A DNA stretch of 63,928 nucleotides, counting the filler, from Lenisia limosa (taxonomy: Eukaryota; Protista; Breviatea): the NCBI GenBank assembly GCA_001655205.1. It is 11 parts of 11 records of this genome, joined end to end, with 100 filler letters (N's around TTAATTAATTAA, not from the genome) between each part and the next. Parts side by side here need not be neighbours in the genome. Positions count along the whole stretch, not along the records: positions 7,980 to 29,734 come from LPNZ01007791.1; 10 more parts are not named here. The stretch is one strand, 5' to 3'. Of the stretch, positions 11,598 through 24,622 are shown piece by piece. Both the position numbers and the translations under genes were made by a program. The notes under the pieces are model-generated. The model was not told the DNA's origin. It saw nothing but the letters and a program-made list of their open reading frames with translations, and ran no database searches. How positions within the stretch are numbered: the first letter of the stretch is position 1; each line of letters begins with the position of its first letter.

Positions 11598-14500
11598 ATG
11601 ATGTCCTCACTGCCAATCATACTCTATCTTTTTGCAGCATTGTGGTCGTCTTCGTTGGCAAACATCGTGACAACATCCAATGGGACGATTAAAGCTTGTG
11701 TGGCCCCTCCGACAGAGAACTGCAGCCCAACTCGACTCGTATGCTGGCATGATCTTTTCTTCCTTGAGCGGACCACCAGTGTTGTGTGATAGGAGGGGGG
11801 TGATAATGGTGGAACCAGGTATACGTTCCCATCAATGCCGCCATTTTAAAATTAGCACCCAATCAAACTCCTAATTCGCACTAAAACCCACAAAGTCAAT
11901 TATTTACTATCGTCACTACCTTCACCACCTTCACCACACACTGGGTGACTTTTTGTTAGGCTCTACCTTCTTAGTTCACGTATTGTTAGAGATGATCAGG
12001 ACGGCTTCGGCCTGATATAATCTTGATTTTTATTTCTCATTTCGTTGTAGGAAGACTTGAATGCTCTCAAAGTGAATGTACGAATTGGGAGGGTAAATTA
12101 CAATCAACATTGTAATAAAGTGGTATAAGCTGTTTCATGGAGTTCTTAATTACTAGTATTGTTATTAAGTTCTTCTTCGATAGTAGTGTTATGAAGTTCT
12201 TAACCATTAGGAAGTTCAATCATAATTATTAGTATTGTTATGAGTGGTATATGAAGTTCTAAACCATCAGCACTGCCTCTTGGCGCCTCTCACACTTAAC
12301 GGAGCTACTCTACTTTGTGACGATACTTTCGTTACCAACGGAGAAGGCACTTGTCAGGTGCGTTTCGTCGGCTGGTGTAGAACTCAAGTATACAGTGACT
12401 GAAATAAGTCCTGTCGATCGATTTTTGTTGAGAATTCTCTATAAATCCTTGATAATAATTCCATCTTTTGGAATCGAAACAAAATCGGTAGTCTTAAGAT
12501 TACTGAAGAAATTGACACATTCAGGTGGAGTGTAAGGGCAGCGTTCCTGCAGAATCCTCGATTTCCTGCACCAAAGCAGGGGGATGGAGCGGACCAGCTC
12601 AGTGCATTAGTATGGCTTGGGGTGTTGCGAATTCGGCTCATCTAAATATTCGGTCGTTTATCGATATTTTGGCAGTGCTTTTCGGACCGTTGGGAAGTCC
12701 TACTGATAACCGGTTCAGGTAACTGTTTGACGAGTAATGGCGTCTTTTATGTCCCCTCAGTTGGCCAGGATGGTGGGGGGTAAATTAGAATATTTATGGA
12801 ACAAAAAAAGCCCAAATCAACTCTGTCCTGGTGGGGGGGGGGGTAAAATTGGAAAATTTATGAAACAAAAAAGCCTAAATACTCTGTTGGCTNNNNNNNN
12901 NNNNNNNNNNNNNNNNNNNNNNNNNNNNNNNNNNNNNNNNNNNNNNNNNNNNNNNNNNNNNNNNNNNNNNNNNNNNNNNNNNNNNNNNNNNNNNNNNNNN
13001 NNNNNNNNNNNNNNNNNNNNNNNNNNNNNNNNNNNNNNNNNNNTTGTATTACCTTCCCCTTAGTCTACTGCCAGGACGGCTACATGCTTGTGGGCACTGT
13101 TCAAGGCACATCATCAGGCTCCCCGGTGGGATGCTATGTTGTGTTTATTACAATACAATATCTTATATGGTCTGGACGGCTTCGGCCAGATACAACTTTA
13201 TTTATTTCTCATCTCTATAAGTTGATGAGTTGGCATGCTATGTTGTGTCTGAAATGGGTTGGCGGCAACTTCTTACATCATTTAACTCATTTAACTAACA
13301 TTTATCTTTAGCTGATAATCGTTTCACTTCATCTCAACTCATTTCATTCATTTCACTTCATATACCTTGTCTTTAAAGCATTTCACTTCATCTCACGTTA
13401 CCAGGTTTATGACTGGGACCAAGACTTTGCGGTGGGAAAAGGAGTGAAGGGAAGGGGTGTTGCATATTTGTATGTAGCAAATCGTCTATAATTGTGTATC
13501 AATATGATATGTAATGCTTCCCTACGGTTCCAAAAAAGACCGAATCTCTCGATAAATCCTCGATAAATATCGATATATAAACGGTCTTTTTCGGACCGAA
13601 ATGGCATAGAATCATGATAAATATAATTTGTATAGTACATATAATAATACATATGATATAGCATATAATTAACATTCAAATTTGGCCTAATGAGTTGAGA
13701 AGGGGGGCGGGTTGGTGAGTTGAAGTTGAGATAATTAGTTAATAGGAGGGTAACCCCCCCCCCCTCCGTTGTTGATTTCNNNNNNNNNNNNNNNNNNNNN
13801 NNNNNNNNNNNNNNNNNNNNNNNNNACCAGTGGAACCGGCCTTCTTGCTTTGAGCAAATTTACTGCTGGATCGGAGCTGAAGTTGAGTGGTATTTATTTT
13901 GATTTTATTGTTTTCAACCATTGTACGATAAATCAGAGGTGTAAGGCAAATGATTGGGTGAATTAATTAATTCTATTAATTCAATATCTCTTAGTAGCGT
14001 GATGGTGTGGAGGGCTTCGACAGATACAACCTTATTTTGTTAATTCTCATTGCTATACTATAGAGTATATATATTACATACATGCATAGTATGCTACAGA
14101 TTGTAATCCTACACCTGGTGTTGAAGGCTTTAGCATCTACTTTCTCTCACATATTCCGCCCTCGTCCCGCCTTCCCCCCACTCTCTCCCTACGTTTCCCT
14201 TTACTACATATCCTAATCTTTCGGGCTAGGCAGGCAATGAATTGGAATAAGCTGACAATCCTCACCTGCACTTACACCCTCTCCCCAGGTTTGACTGTAC
14301 TCTGGATGGAACCAATTGGAGTTCTTACACGCGGCCTGCTGGTAGGTGTTGCTANNNNNNNNNNNNNNNNNNNNNNNNNNNNNNNNNNNNNNNNNNNNNN
14401 NNNNNNNNNNNNNNNNNNNNNNNNNNNNNNNNNNNNNNNNNNNNNNNNNNNNNNNNNNNNNNNNNNNNNNNNNNNACAAATTAACGAAAGGATAAATCTG

Positions 14501-15899
14501 AAACTCCAAACAAAAAAACAAGCAGTAACAAACACGAGCAACAAACGCTAAAACTAGACAAATGCCAGATGTCAGAAACACAATAACAAAAACAAACCCG
14601 AGTCAGCCTCTTGACGAATCCCACCACCGTTCGATCACCCTAACGTACCTGTCAAGCGTTCAAAGGGGGAGGGGGGTAAAATACGGTTCTTTAATTGGGA
14701 AACAAACGACAGAAACAAATCCTTGAAATGCTTCCCAAATGCTTGTCAACAGAGTTGTTTTTGGTTTTTAATTTTTTTTTTTTTTTTNNNNNNNNNNNNN
14801 NNNNNNNNNNNNNNNNNNNNNNNNNNNNNNNNNNNNNNNNNNNNNNNNNNNNNNNNNNNNNNNNNNNNNNNNNNNNNNNNNNNNNNNNNNNNNNNNNNNN
14901 NNNNNNNNNNNNNNNNNNNNNNNNNNNNNNNNNNNNNNNNNNNNNNNNNNNNNNNNNNNNNNNNNNNNNNNNNNNNNNNNNNCGGAAGTTGGCGTGTTCG
15001 GCCGCGTGTCATATTGGATCTGCGGCTATAATACCTCGGTTGGAGGGGGGTGGGGGTCATGTACATTGACCGGGATCAGTCTTAACCGATTTTCCTTGGG
15101 AAATCACATTGCAAATCGGTCAAGACTTGTTCCGGTCTTTGTACATATATTACATACATAGTATAATAAGGGGTGAGTGTGAGCGGTTTTTCATACAGCG
15201 CTAACGGTTTTAGAACCTTGCAGTTGCGGGTGTTGGGCTCTGCGCGGGGACAAGTGCGGATAACTTCGCCAATCATTTGTGGGATAAAAAGGAATGCTAA
15301 TGAAACTCCATTCTTTTTATTGTATTCTTGTAAAAGTTTTCTATTCTGTTCAATTTGTCGCATATCATATGTACATGTACATACATATCATATATTGTAC
15401 ATTGCTTTAATATTATACCATAGGTTGTTGGTATGGAAATGTCTTTTTTGAAGAGCAGTCCTAACTTAAAATAGGCAAATCAGAGGAGAGGTCCACCTTT
15501 TTGATACCCCCCCACACACACTCCGTCTTGTGCCGCGCAACCCCTCTCTTCATTAACATCATTACTTGGGCTTCCCTACGGTCCCAAAAAACACTGATTT
15601 CTCGATACATTCTCGTTACTGGTCTTTTTTCGAAGCGTATGGAAGCCCAATTCAATAACACTGTTATATCCTCATTAACACCATTTCAGCCCCCTTCACC
15701 ATTAGCACTGTTATACCCTTCATCATCAGCATCATTTCAGCCCCCTTTTACTAACATCATTAGATCGTCCTTCATCATTAACATCATTAGAGCCCCTTCA
15801 TCATTTTACTAACATCATTAGAGCGTCCTTCACAACGTCGAGCGGATCCCTTAATATCGGCTGTGGCAATAGCGGAACCAATGGCGGAACCACTTCAAG
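11598..15899 (+). CDS. Secreted Cys-rich protein with sushi/CCP-like modules
   Basis: Signal peptide MMSSLPIILYLFAALWSSSLA. Exons include 12525-12609 (VECKGSVPAESSISCTKAGGWSGPAQCI), ~13041-13105 (YCQDGYMLVG) and ~14289-14341 (FDCTLDGTNWSS), matching the sushi patterns C-x-GY-L-G and C-xx-G-WS. The model is incomplete because of gaps. Confidence 0.6.
12773..12892 (-). repeat. Tandem pair of family A 3' halves, antisense to the host gene
   Basis: Two copies of GGGGTAAA(A)TT...TTTATG(G/A)AACAAAAAAGCC(C/T)AAAT on the plus strand, starting at the predicted donor 12773. Confidence 0.8.
13925..14050 (+). repeat. Family B element
   Basis: GTGTAAGGCAAATGATTGGGTGAATT...GCGTGATGGTGTGGAGGGCTTCGACAGATACAACCTT...TTCTCAT. 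Confidence 0.85.
15064..15141. mobile_element. Family E MITE
   Basis: GACCGGGATCAGTCTTAACCGATT...AATCGGTCAAGACTTGTTCCGGTC hairpin. Confidence 0.8.
15568..15648. mobile_element. Family C MITE, CCTA subtype
   Basis: GGGCTTCCCTACGGTCCC...GCGTATGGAAGCCC. Confidence 0.8.
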
Positions 15900-16139
15900 G
15901 TGGGTGGGAGGTGGATTATCAGTGAAAAGTCCATATGACTACCAATGTTACACCCCTAGCTGTCTCTCTCTCTTTTGCCATATGTACAGGTCTTATGTTG
16001 CGTATTGGTATCTGTATTATGAAAAATCATATGTAAAACCATACGTTTGATATAGTCTGTGTTTTTGTATTCAATTATCTTCGATTATCTGATTTTTTAT
16101 TCCATGCTATGATATAATGGGGAGACACACAGAAAGCTA

Positions 16140-16255
16140 TGTGTAGAGAGTTGTAAGGCAGATGAATGAAGTAATATTTATAATTCAGTACCTCTGATAA
16201 GCGTTTTGGACGGCTTCGGCCAGATACATCATACAACCTTGTTTTTTTTTCTCAT
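16140..16255 (+). repeat. Family B element
   Basis: GAGTTGTAAGGCAGATG...GGACGGCTTCGGCCAGATAC...ACAACCTT...TTCTCAT. Confidence 0.8.
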
Positions 16256-16423
16256 TGCTATAATTGTCTTGCTATTGCGGTTATCAACGGAAACTCATGA
16301 TTTAGATGGAGAATGTGGGTCAAAGCAACCTAGGCTGGATCTTTATTATTTGATAATATGTATAACAACAGTGTGTACACAGTTAAGGAGAATGTGGGTC
16401 AATAAATATTCTACTAGAGTCCT

Positions 16424-16571
16424 GTCATCTAATTAGTGACGCGCATGAATAATGAGGTTCCCACTGTCCCTATCTACCATCTAGCGAAACAGCAGCCAAA
16501 GGAACAAGGGAACGGATTTGGCAGAATTAGCGGGGAAAGAAAACCCTGTTGAGCTTGACTCTAGTCCGACT
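16424..16571 (+). pseudogene. Isolated degenerate 28S (LSU) rRNA fragment
   Basis: GTCATCTAATTAGTGACGCGCATGAAT...CCCACTGTCCCTATCTAC...CTAGCGAAAC...GCGGGGAAAGAAAACCCTGTTGAGCTTGACTCTAGT is the conserved eukaryotic LSU core. It carries a small deletion and a short AAGGAAC duplication, and has no recognisable rDNA flanks. Confidence 0.9.
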
Positions 16572-17039
16572 ATCTATATTAGACAATATCTAAGGGGTAG
16601 AGTGAATGGCCGGCGACACAAAGCCTTTCATTGATGTGAGAACGTAAAACGTGCCACACTGACACTTTACAACACCGTACGTCAATGATATACTATATTT
16701 TATATTGTTTCGAAAGCATTGTGCCAGTTATTTTAACCCCATATCACTTTTTGTCAGTTTGCCCTTTGTGTCAGTTATATTTGTTCAGCCCCTGACATTG
16801 CGGATATCAAAATATCAACGAAAGGTCCTTGTTTTTTTGACAAGGTCTTCCAAAAGAAAAAGTCGAATGAATTTAGAGAATATGAAAACATGCGAAACAG
16901 CACCTGTGAGAAATAAAACAAAAAAATCACATCAACGCAACGTAGCTCACAGCACAACATAAAAGAGAAGAACAGAAGAAGAAAACCATAAAACTAGAGA
17001 CACCCACCATAACAAATTACCAATGGCTACAGTACGAAT

Positions 17040-18859
17040 CATCATCACACCGTCTAGTTACCACGGATTTTGAGTAGTACGGCTGTTCCAAAAGACGAAG
17101 GCACTGTAGGGAGCATGCTTGTACTGCGAAGACCGACGAAAAAACCGGACTGTTTCCTGTAATGTAGCCTGTCCAATGCCCAATTGCAACGGTTTGCTGA
17201 AAGTGTAAGGAAATGTGCAGTAGAAAAGTAAGGGAAATGTGAAATGTAGTGGAAGGTATCAATGCAGAGTGCAAAAATGTGTGGAAATTTGCAGTGGAAA
17301 GTATTAAGAAATGTGAAGTTGAGATTATTCATAGAGTTGGGAAAATAAAACAAGGCATCTGGTCGAAGCTGTCAACACCATCACGCTGATAACAGATATT
17401 GAATTATAGTATTGAATTCACACACTCATTTACCTTAACCAACCTGACAAACATCACAATGGCCTCGTACGGTTTCGAGGAGTTCTGGTATCGGGTAGGG
17501 AAGAAGGGTTTTCCAGGACTGTGGAGTCAGGCAGAAGCTTGTGAAAGATGGGATTATCTCAAAGAGAAAAAAAAAAATGCTTTAAGATGCTAATCCAAAT
17601 AATCATTTCTAGGGCTTCACTTCGGTTCGTCCACCTACCTTTTCCTGCTGGTTGGAACTCAGGCATTTCGCGGGGCACTCTGATTTGGAACAAAGCTGAA
17701 CCGTAAACAATGGTAGGGGTGGAGGAGTAACACCATTTTATGTTATACACCTAGCGAGAATACTATCATAACGTTTCACAGAGGAACAAATGAGTTACAT
17801 ATTACTACAGGATCTCGTATTGAAGGAAAGGCATAATTTGCAAAATAAAGTGATACCAGTGCACTCCGAACACACCTGTGCCTTCTCGCAGCCAGAAGAG
17901 AGCAAATTGGGACAGTTCGCGCCTTCGAAGGGTCAGAAACTAAACCCCGAAACAAACGAAATTGGTCATTGATTCAGCGTATACAATGGGTGTGTGGACA
18001 ATGACCACGATAAGTCCTGACAAGATTTACTCAAGATAAAGTCCAACATCAGACTCAGGACTTATCGTGTCCTCTGTATCCTATGTGTAATATTCCCTCG
18101 GTCCGAAAAAGCCCGTTAAAATATCGATATAGTATATCGAGGATTTAATAAGAAATTTAGTCTTTGTTGGGATCGCTGGGAAGCCCTAGGCATGATTCAA
18201 AGCACCCACAATATGGCCAACAGAGGTTTGACTTATTTAAAAAAAAAACCACAGAGTATGATGGCTTCCATCCGTCACTGAATTTCTCGATAAATCCTCG
18301 TTAAATATCGATATTTTAACGGTCTTTTTCTGACCGTTGGGAAGATCTAGGTATGATTCGAACACCTACAAATGTCATCAGTAACGTCAATAACAACAGG
18401 TCTCTTGAGGCTAGAAGCGCATTGCCTGCTCTCGCAACAGGTAGTGGGCTTGGAAGGAAGAGGACTAGGTGTTTGGCAGCACGTTTTACCAGGTTGACTT
18501 GATGACTGTTCAGTGAATAGGAATTTTGGATATTTGTTAGAACGCGAGATCTTACATGTACACCTCACACCCCCCGAAATTTATTCTAGTGCTTCACTTC
18601 GGTTCCAAAAAAAAGCAGGAAAATATCCATAGTTTTCGAGGATTTATCGAGAAATTCAATTTTTTTTTTTTTTTTTTTTTTTTTTNNNNNNNNNNNNNNN
18701 NNNNNNNNNNNNNNNNNNNNNNNNNNNNNNNNNNNNNNNNNNNNNNNNNNNNNNNNNNNNNNNNNNNNNNNNNNNNNNNNNNNNNNNNNNNNNNNNNGAC
18801 TTGATCGCCTTCGACCCGCAGCACGGGGATTTGAGGGTGCTGATAGAATCGTTACTTGG
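17040..18859 (-). CDS. Multi-exon unknown protein with Cys-Cys motifs
   Basis: Candidate exons: PSNDSISTLKSPCCGSKAIK; SSSQPGKTCCQ...TTCCESRQC; PGKPFFPTRYQNSSKPYEAIVMFV; KPLQLGIGQATLQETVRFF, with GT-AG borders. Not all junctions are resolved. Confidence 0.45.
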
Positions 18860-19701
18860 CTGGAGAGGTGAAACGTAGAATGAGAAATGGAAAGGAAATA
18901 CTATCCGATTATACCAGATTCAGAGTAGGTAGGGATGGAAATTAAAAAGGGAAACCTAATATCTCAATATTTTACCGGTACTTTTCGAACCGAAGTGAAG
19001 CCGTAACTAGTAAGTTTATGGGGCGGGGCAGAAGTACTATACTTGCATATATGTTTAATATCCCTTTATCATTGTTATTGTTGTCGATAGAATCATCGTA
19101 TATTATTTTTATAGTATCCATAGTCAATGTCTATCTACTGTCTTTATCCTAAAACACGATTTAGCTGCAAAAGTGTGGTTGAAATCGCTTTTATTCAAGA
19201 TATGGAACAACAAATATTGAACAAACAACCTCGGTCTCAATTCCTCCTTATTACGTATCACCTTAACACAGTTTCCCATAGAAGTAAATTAGAATATTTG
19301 TGTTCAATAAAAAGAAGAATAAAAGGAAACCTTAGTGTTTTCTGAGGGGCCGCAGCAACAAGGTTTCATGGGCTTCTGTCGTTTAAGGGGTGGAAGAGTG
19401 TCTTTCGCGGCTAATTGATATCAGATATATTGGTCAATTCTTCGACTTCACTTTGGACCGAAAATGAAACAAACTGAATGTCTTAAAAAAATTCAATTAA
19501 TAAATATCGGATTAGTCCACAATACCCACCCCCACCNNNNNNNNNNNNNNNNNNNNNNNNNNNNNNNNNNNNNNNNNNNNNNNNNNNNNNNNNNNNNNNN
19601 NNNNNNNNNNCCTATCTCTTAATTTGTTTCCCTAGATTTCTAATGTATATCAATATTATTGCTCTTGTTTTCAAAAGACCAATACACTCCTCAAACAAGC
19701 A

Positions 19702-22700
19702 CTACCCACATGGTTCTTTGGTAAATTCCGGGTACGCTTTCATGAGCTGGGTGGCTGCGATACTAAAGAGCGTTGGGACCTGTGAAGTTAGCATACGATG
19801 CGAAAACCTAAACCTTGAGCCTTTTTTCATCTTAGAATTGGCAATTATATTACTCGTGATAAAATCTGTGATTTCAGTCCTCATTAAAGACAATACACTG
19901 ACTGGGATAAATCCTTACACAGATATTGGGCTTTGTCTTTAGTTAATCATACAAGGACTTATCGCAGTCAGTGTTAATTATGATAAACGCTTGGAAAAAC
20001 TATTGATAAATATATTAGAGAAATGTAACAGGATCTTGCTCTTTGCAACAGATTATTTCTTGCTCAAATAAATCAAAAAATGCCCACGAAGAAAGGAGAA
20101 GGTGGTGGTGGCGGAAGTTGTATGTCAGGATCCATACCAAGGACAGCTCTGAGGTTGAGTAAGTGAGAAATACTGAATACAAAAAAAAGCTACGACAAAT
20201 CCAGTGACCGTTTTAAGTCTTGACCGGCATAATGAGATATCATTTACGGGGACGTGGAGAGTCTTGACCGATTTTGTGAAGGGGGAATTCAATTCTTGAC
20301 ATGTGATTCTTCTGGTCAAGACTTACCACTGTACTTATCATGTCGACTGGATACTTATAATCAATATATCATATGCATATTACATAATATTATCAATGCA
20401 CATACAAATTATTTTATCATCTTATGGTATTATGTTAGCACTAACCTAAATGTAATATATAAATAAATGATCCGAAACCTTACGTTGGTCCACGCCAAAC
20501 GGACATATACGCGGATGCAATAAGGCCCCAGTCCTTTTTGCTGATCTCTGAGCCACAGGCTTTTATGTCCCTGCGGTGTGGGTTGTGAGTTTATATTCAT
20601 AAAAAAACCCGACTTTCTCGACAAATCCTCAAAAACCATCCACTGTTTATTGACCTTTTCGAAGTAAAGTGAATCCCTGGTGTGAGATGCTCTTAATGTT
20701 TAGAACAGTAGCGAAAATATTATCAATAATTGAGCTGTTATTTTTGAAAATTGAAAAGTAGAGCAGATACATGAAAAAATGTGACAAGAATTACAATGGC
20801 TTTTTGGAGGAAGTCCTAACTGATAATGAAAGTGTGGCAAAAATACTGATTGAAAATTGGAATATCCAAATATATCTACCAGGCCATTCACACTATCACA
20901 TTTTTCAGATCTTGAAATGTTACCACAGAATAAACCTTCACTTCGGTTCAAAAAAAGACTGAACTTCTCGAAAAATCCTCGAAAAATCCCAATATAACCC
21001 AATCCAAAAACAGAGCTGTGGAATAAAAAAATAGGATCACCGGTTTGACACCCCTCCACACCTTAGCTTAGGACAGGCAGAGATAATATCTGCCAGCACG
21101 TAACCAGCTTTACCGACTGCAGCGTTCATACAAATGTGCAGGGTTTCAAGGGAGGCTGTAGGGTTGCGGTTAGTGTTAATGGAAATTAAAACCATATCAT
21201 ACACATAATTACATAAAAAATATCACATGATAACTCATATCCACTAGCGATATGTATAATATAATGACAATATTATCGACTTTAGTTGAAATCATGAACG
21301 CATATAAAACGAGGGTTCAACCCGAGTGCATCAGAGTATCATGAAGACGTATCTGTCAATTTCCACACAAGTGAATATGAGGTTATATATCACTGAGTGG
21401 AAAATGATAGTTTACAAGTGTAAAAATGATCCATAAAGTGGAAAGATACTCATTAAAATTATCAGGGACCCTGTCAGAACACAGAAAAGACGGACATTGA
21501 GACATTAGTTGATGACAATCCCCGATTTTCTATGCATTTAAAAAGCTCAAGCTCAAGTTCAGAAATTGGTTATTGTGTCAAAAGTGGATGAAGAACCGAC
21601 AGAAAAACGAATTTTATGAAAAAAGAAGAAAAAACTGCGATGATGCGTACTACAGTTCTTGAGCGCAATACCAAGTCGTTTCCACGCAGCTGTTGTGAGG
21701 TTTGCAGACCAAAGTGATAGGGACTTTAGGGGTGACGATGGTGTCACAGCTGAAGAGGAGTAAAGATGGCAACTTTACAGGAGACCCACCTTTGGAGAAG
21801 GCAACAATATCATCATCGGTGATAGAGCATCCACTCATTGATAGATCCGAGAGCCCTTTTATCACGTCTGTTTGATTAGTAATTTAGCATACTCTCTGAT
21901 ATGTATTGTTAATTTGAACAAATGACAATTAAAAGGGAGCAAAAAGTAGACACCTTGATGAATGCGAGTTAAAGTAGAAATATACACTGATTGGGATAAG
22001 TCTTGAACGATTTTCCTTCGAAAATCATAGCAAATCGGTCAAGACTTATTCCGGTCACTGTATACTCACCTGATCTTCGCTCAATCCGTTGAATACCAAA
22101 TCCAATGATCAGAAACACAGCCAATTTACACCCTTCTTTTTTTGTCAGTTGGGCTTCACTTCGGTTTGAAAAAGACCGGTAAATTATCGATAGTTTTCGA
22201 GGTTTTATCGAGAAATTCAATCTTTTTTGAACCGAAATGATGCCCAAGTTGTCAGCCAACAGAGTACTGATGGCTTTTTTGTTTCCAATTTTACCCCCCA
22301 GCCCTTATGCAGTCAATAATAATCATAATTCGCTTCAGCAATATAGCTATGTCAAATTCTAGAACTCAGTTTCAAAGGATAGAGAAGTCTTTTTACACAC
22401 AAAATGAAAGTGAGAGCACCCATCACACCTATAAGGCCCTCGAGCGAAATGTCCATTTCATCCAGCGCGAGTCTGCTGAGATTTGGGCAACTGGCGCATA
22501 AACGCGAAACACTTTCAGTGGCGTAGGACGTAAACACACCTAGGAGCGTGATCCTGTCAAATAGTGCTTGTTGTGGAATAAAGCTCAAATGGTGGAATTA
22601 TTTTAGTAGAATTCTTAGATATGTATATCATAGCTATATAATGTACCTAATACAGTATGTATAAAAATAATATAACTGAATGGATGTAGTATTATATCAA

Positions 22701-23487
22701 TAACTATTTGATATACTATTAGTATCCATTGAACTTGTTACACCTTTTGAAACCATATGAAAGCACAGGTTGGCGCAAAAAAGGTATACAATACTTATTT
22801 TACTCTGTAAACGATGAGAAAAGCTGCAATTAGACAGTTTTGGGGCCTGAATTTGTGCCTTCGAACCTTTTACTCAATTCACTCCCTCCCTTCCTCATCC
22901 CCCACCACTAAACTTCACTTCGGTTCGAAAAATAACGAGAAAATATCGACAGTTTGAGAGGATTTATCGAGAAATGCAGTCTTTTTTCGAACCGAAGTGA
23001 AGCCTCCACCCCCCTTACCCGAAAGATCCAACTGTCGCATTGAAGGGGCATTAGGGGGAGCAAAGGCAAGGGCTGGCACTTCCGGAGGGCTTGTACCTTG
23101 TCTAAGGGGTTGTTAGTCAAAATGTCACAACTTTGCTTCCCTGAAATCTTTGTGTTTATCAGATAGTAGTGTATTCTATATAACAGCACACAAAATTAAT
23201 AATCTGTGGAAATATGATCGTAGATATCGAAGTAGAAATTGAAATTTAACTGAGACCCAATAAAGCAAACTGAGAGACCCAATAAAGCAAATTAAGACCA
23301 GTAAAGTAAATTAAGACCCAATAAAGCAAATTACCCACCTTCTCGGGTCGCATGAATTGCTACATGCCAACTGGATGCGCTGGAGGTGCGGTAGGCCCAA
23401 CAGAGTCACGATGATTTCGGATGATGAAATGAGGGGAGGGAAGTAGAGCGAAATGTCTTCGAGCGACGGGGCCCAGAGCAAACAAAA
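19702..23487 (-). CDS. Leucine-rich-repeat protein (RNI/FBXL-like repeats)
   Basis: Spliced exons give APSLEDISLYFPP...LPHLQRIQLAC, MRQLDLSG, CPNLSRLALDEMDISLEGLIDVIKGLSDLSMSGCSITDDD, PLKSLSLWSANLT and SLETLHICMN...CPKLR (LxxLxL pattern). Includes a 40-nt intron at 21789-21750. Confidence 0.75.
21985..22060. mobile_element. Family E MITE with TA flanks (Tc1/mariner-pogo-like ends)
   Basis: ta|CACTGATTGGGATAAGTCTTGAACGATT...AATCGGTCAAGACTTATTCCGGTCACTG|ta. Confidence 0.85.
22151..22245. mobile_element. Family C MITE
   Basis: GGGCTTCACTTCGGTTTGAAAAAGACC...GAACCGAAATGATGCCC. Confidence 0.85.
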
Positions 23488-24622
23488 CTACGGGGTCAAA
23501 AGTAGGCTCTGTGGGATTAATTGAAAAAGTAATTTTGAGTGTTGATGTGGAATATATGCTACAAAATCCCCCTTTTTAGACACGTAATGTTCAAAGTTAT
23601 CAATTCATTTCTTCAATAGATAAGTGCACAGGATCAATTAAACAATTAGAAATAATTTATAATGTGCCAATAAAAAGGGATGAGAAATACAACAATACCG
23701 ACCGAGAAATTAGTTGATAGCAACTTTCTCAAGTACCTCGCCCACCCCAGGAGTGAGGGATATGATGAGGGTTTCCCTACGGTCCGATCGAGGATTTATC
23801 GAGATATTCTTTTTCGGGACCGTAGGGAACCTAGATATTTGCTGTGTTATGTGAAGAAAGGCACAAAGGAGCGATTTGGAGGGCTGAGAAGGAGGTCTGT
23901 CTAAAAATGGGCCCCTGATAATTCATACAAAAATGCGGCGACTTGCCCAAAAAAATGAAAGAAATCATGAAGAATCTATTCTTCAGCTTGCTGAAGGATA
24001 GGTTTTTAAAACATTATTACTTCTGGTGGTTATTCTGGACGGATGAGTGCCTCTGCCGCGTGTTACTCCAAGTGCGTGGTGAGCTTGACAAGTTCGAGCC
24101 AGTGAATGTGGTGAGATGGTTTTGTCACTCCTCTGTTTTGATAATATGATTATTTATATTTTCTAGAATTTTTGTAAAGTGTCCGTTGTAAATACTTGGC
24201 AGAGCATCTACATTAGCAAAACATCTTCACAAGATGCATTTTCATACTTATCCAAAAGATACAAATTGGATTTAAACCAGGGGATTAAGCTGGCCTATGT
24301 TTTCAACAAATAATAAGTGCGACACCTGTCTATTTCGTTGCTCATAAACATCCAGTTCATTTTTTTTAAAAAAAAAAATCAGATTTTGGAAACATAAACT
24401 TGGAGGCTTTGGCTCGAATCTGACTCATTCTCTACTAAAAATGATGGAATTAATTTGAGCTGAAAAAAAACCCATATCACACTCAGAAAAAGTCCACTAA
24501 TAAAGCTAAGACCAATTGAAATGATGGTGGATTCTTCAAATCAAGGAGTTATTGAAGTGAGCTCTCGATAACAACACATTATTCTAACTAAGATATTGAA
24601 AACAATCCTTTTAACACTTTAG

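Noticed and set aside
22294-22358. Extra LRR exon using an antisense family A donor
   Set aside because: It would end in phase 2 while the next exon needs phase 1; the flanking exons join cleanly without it.
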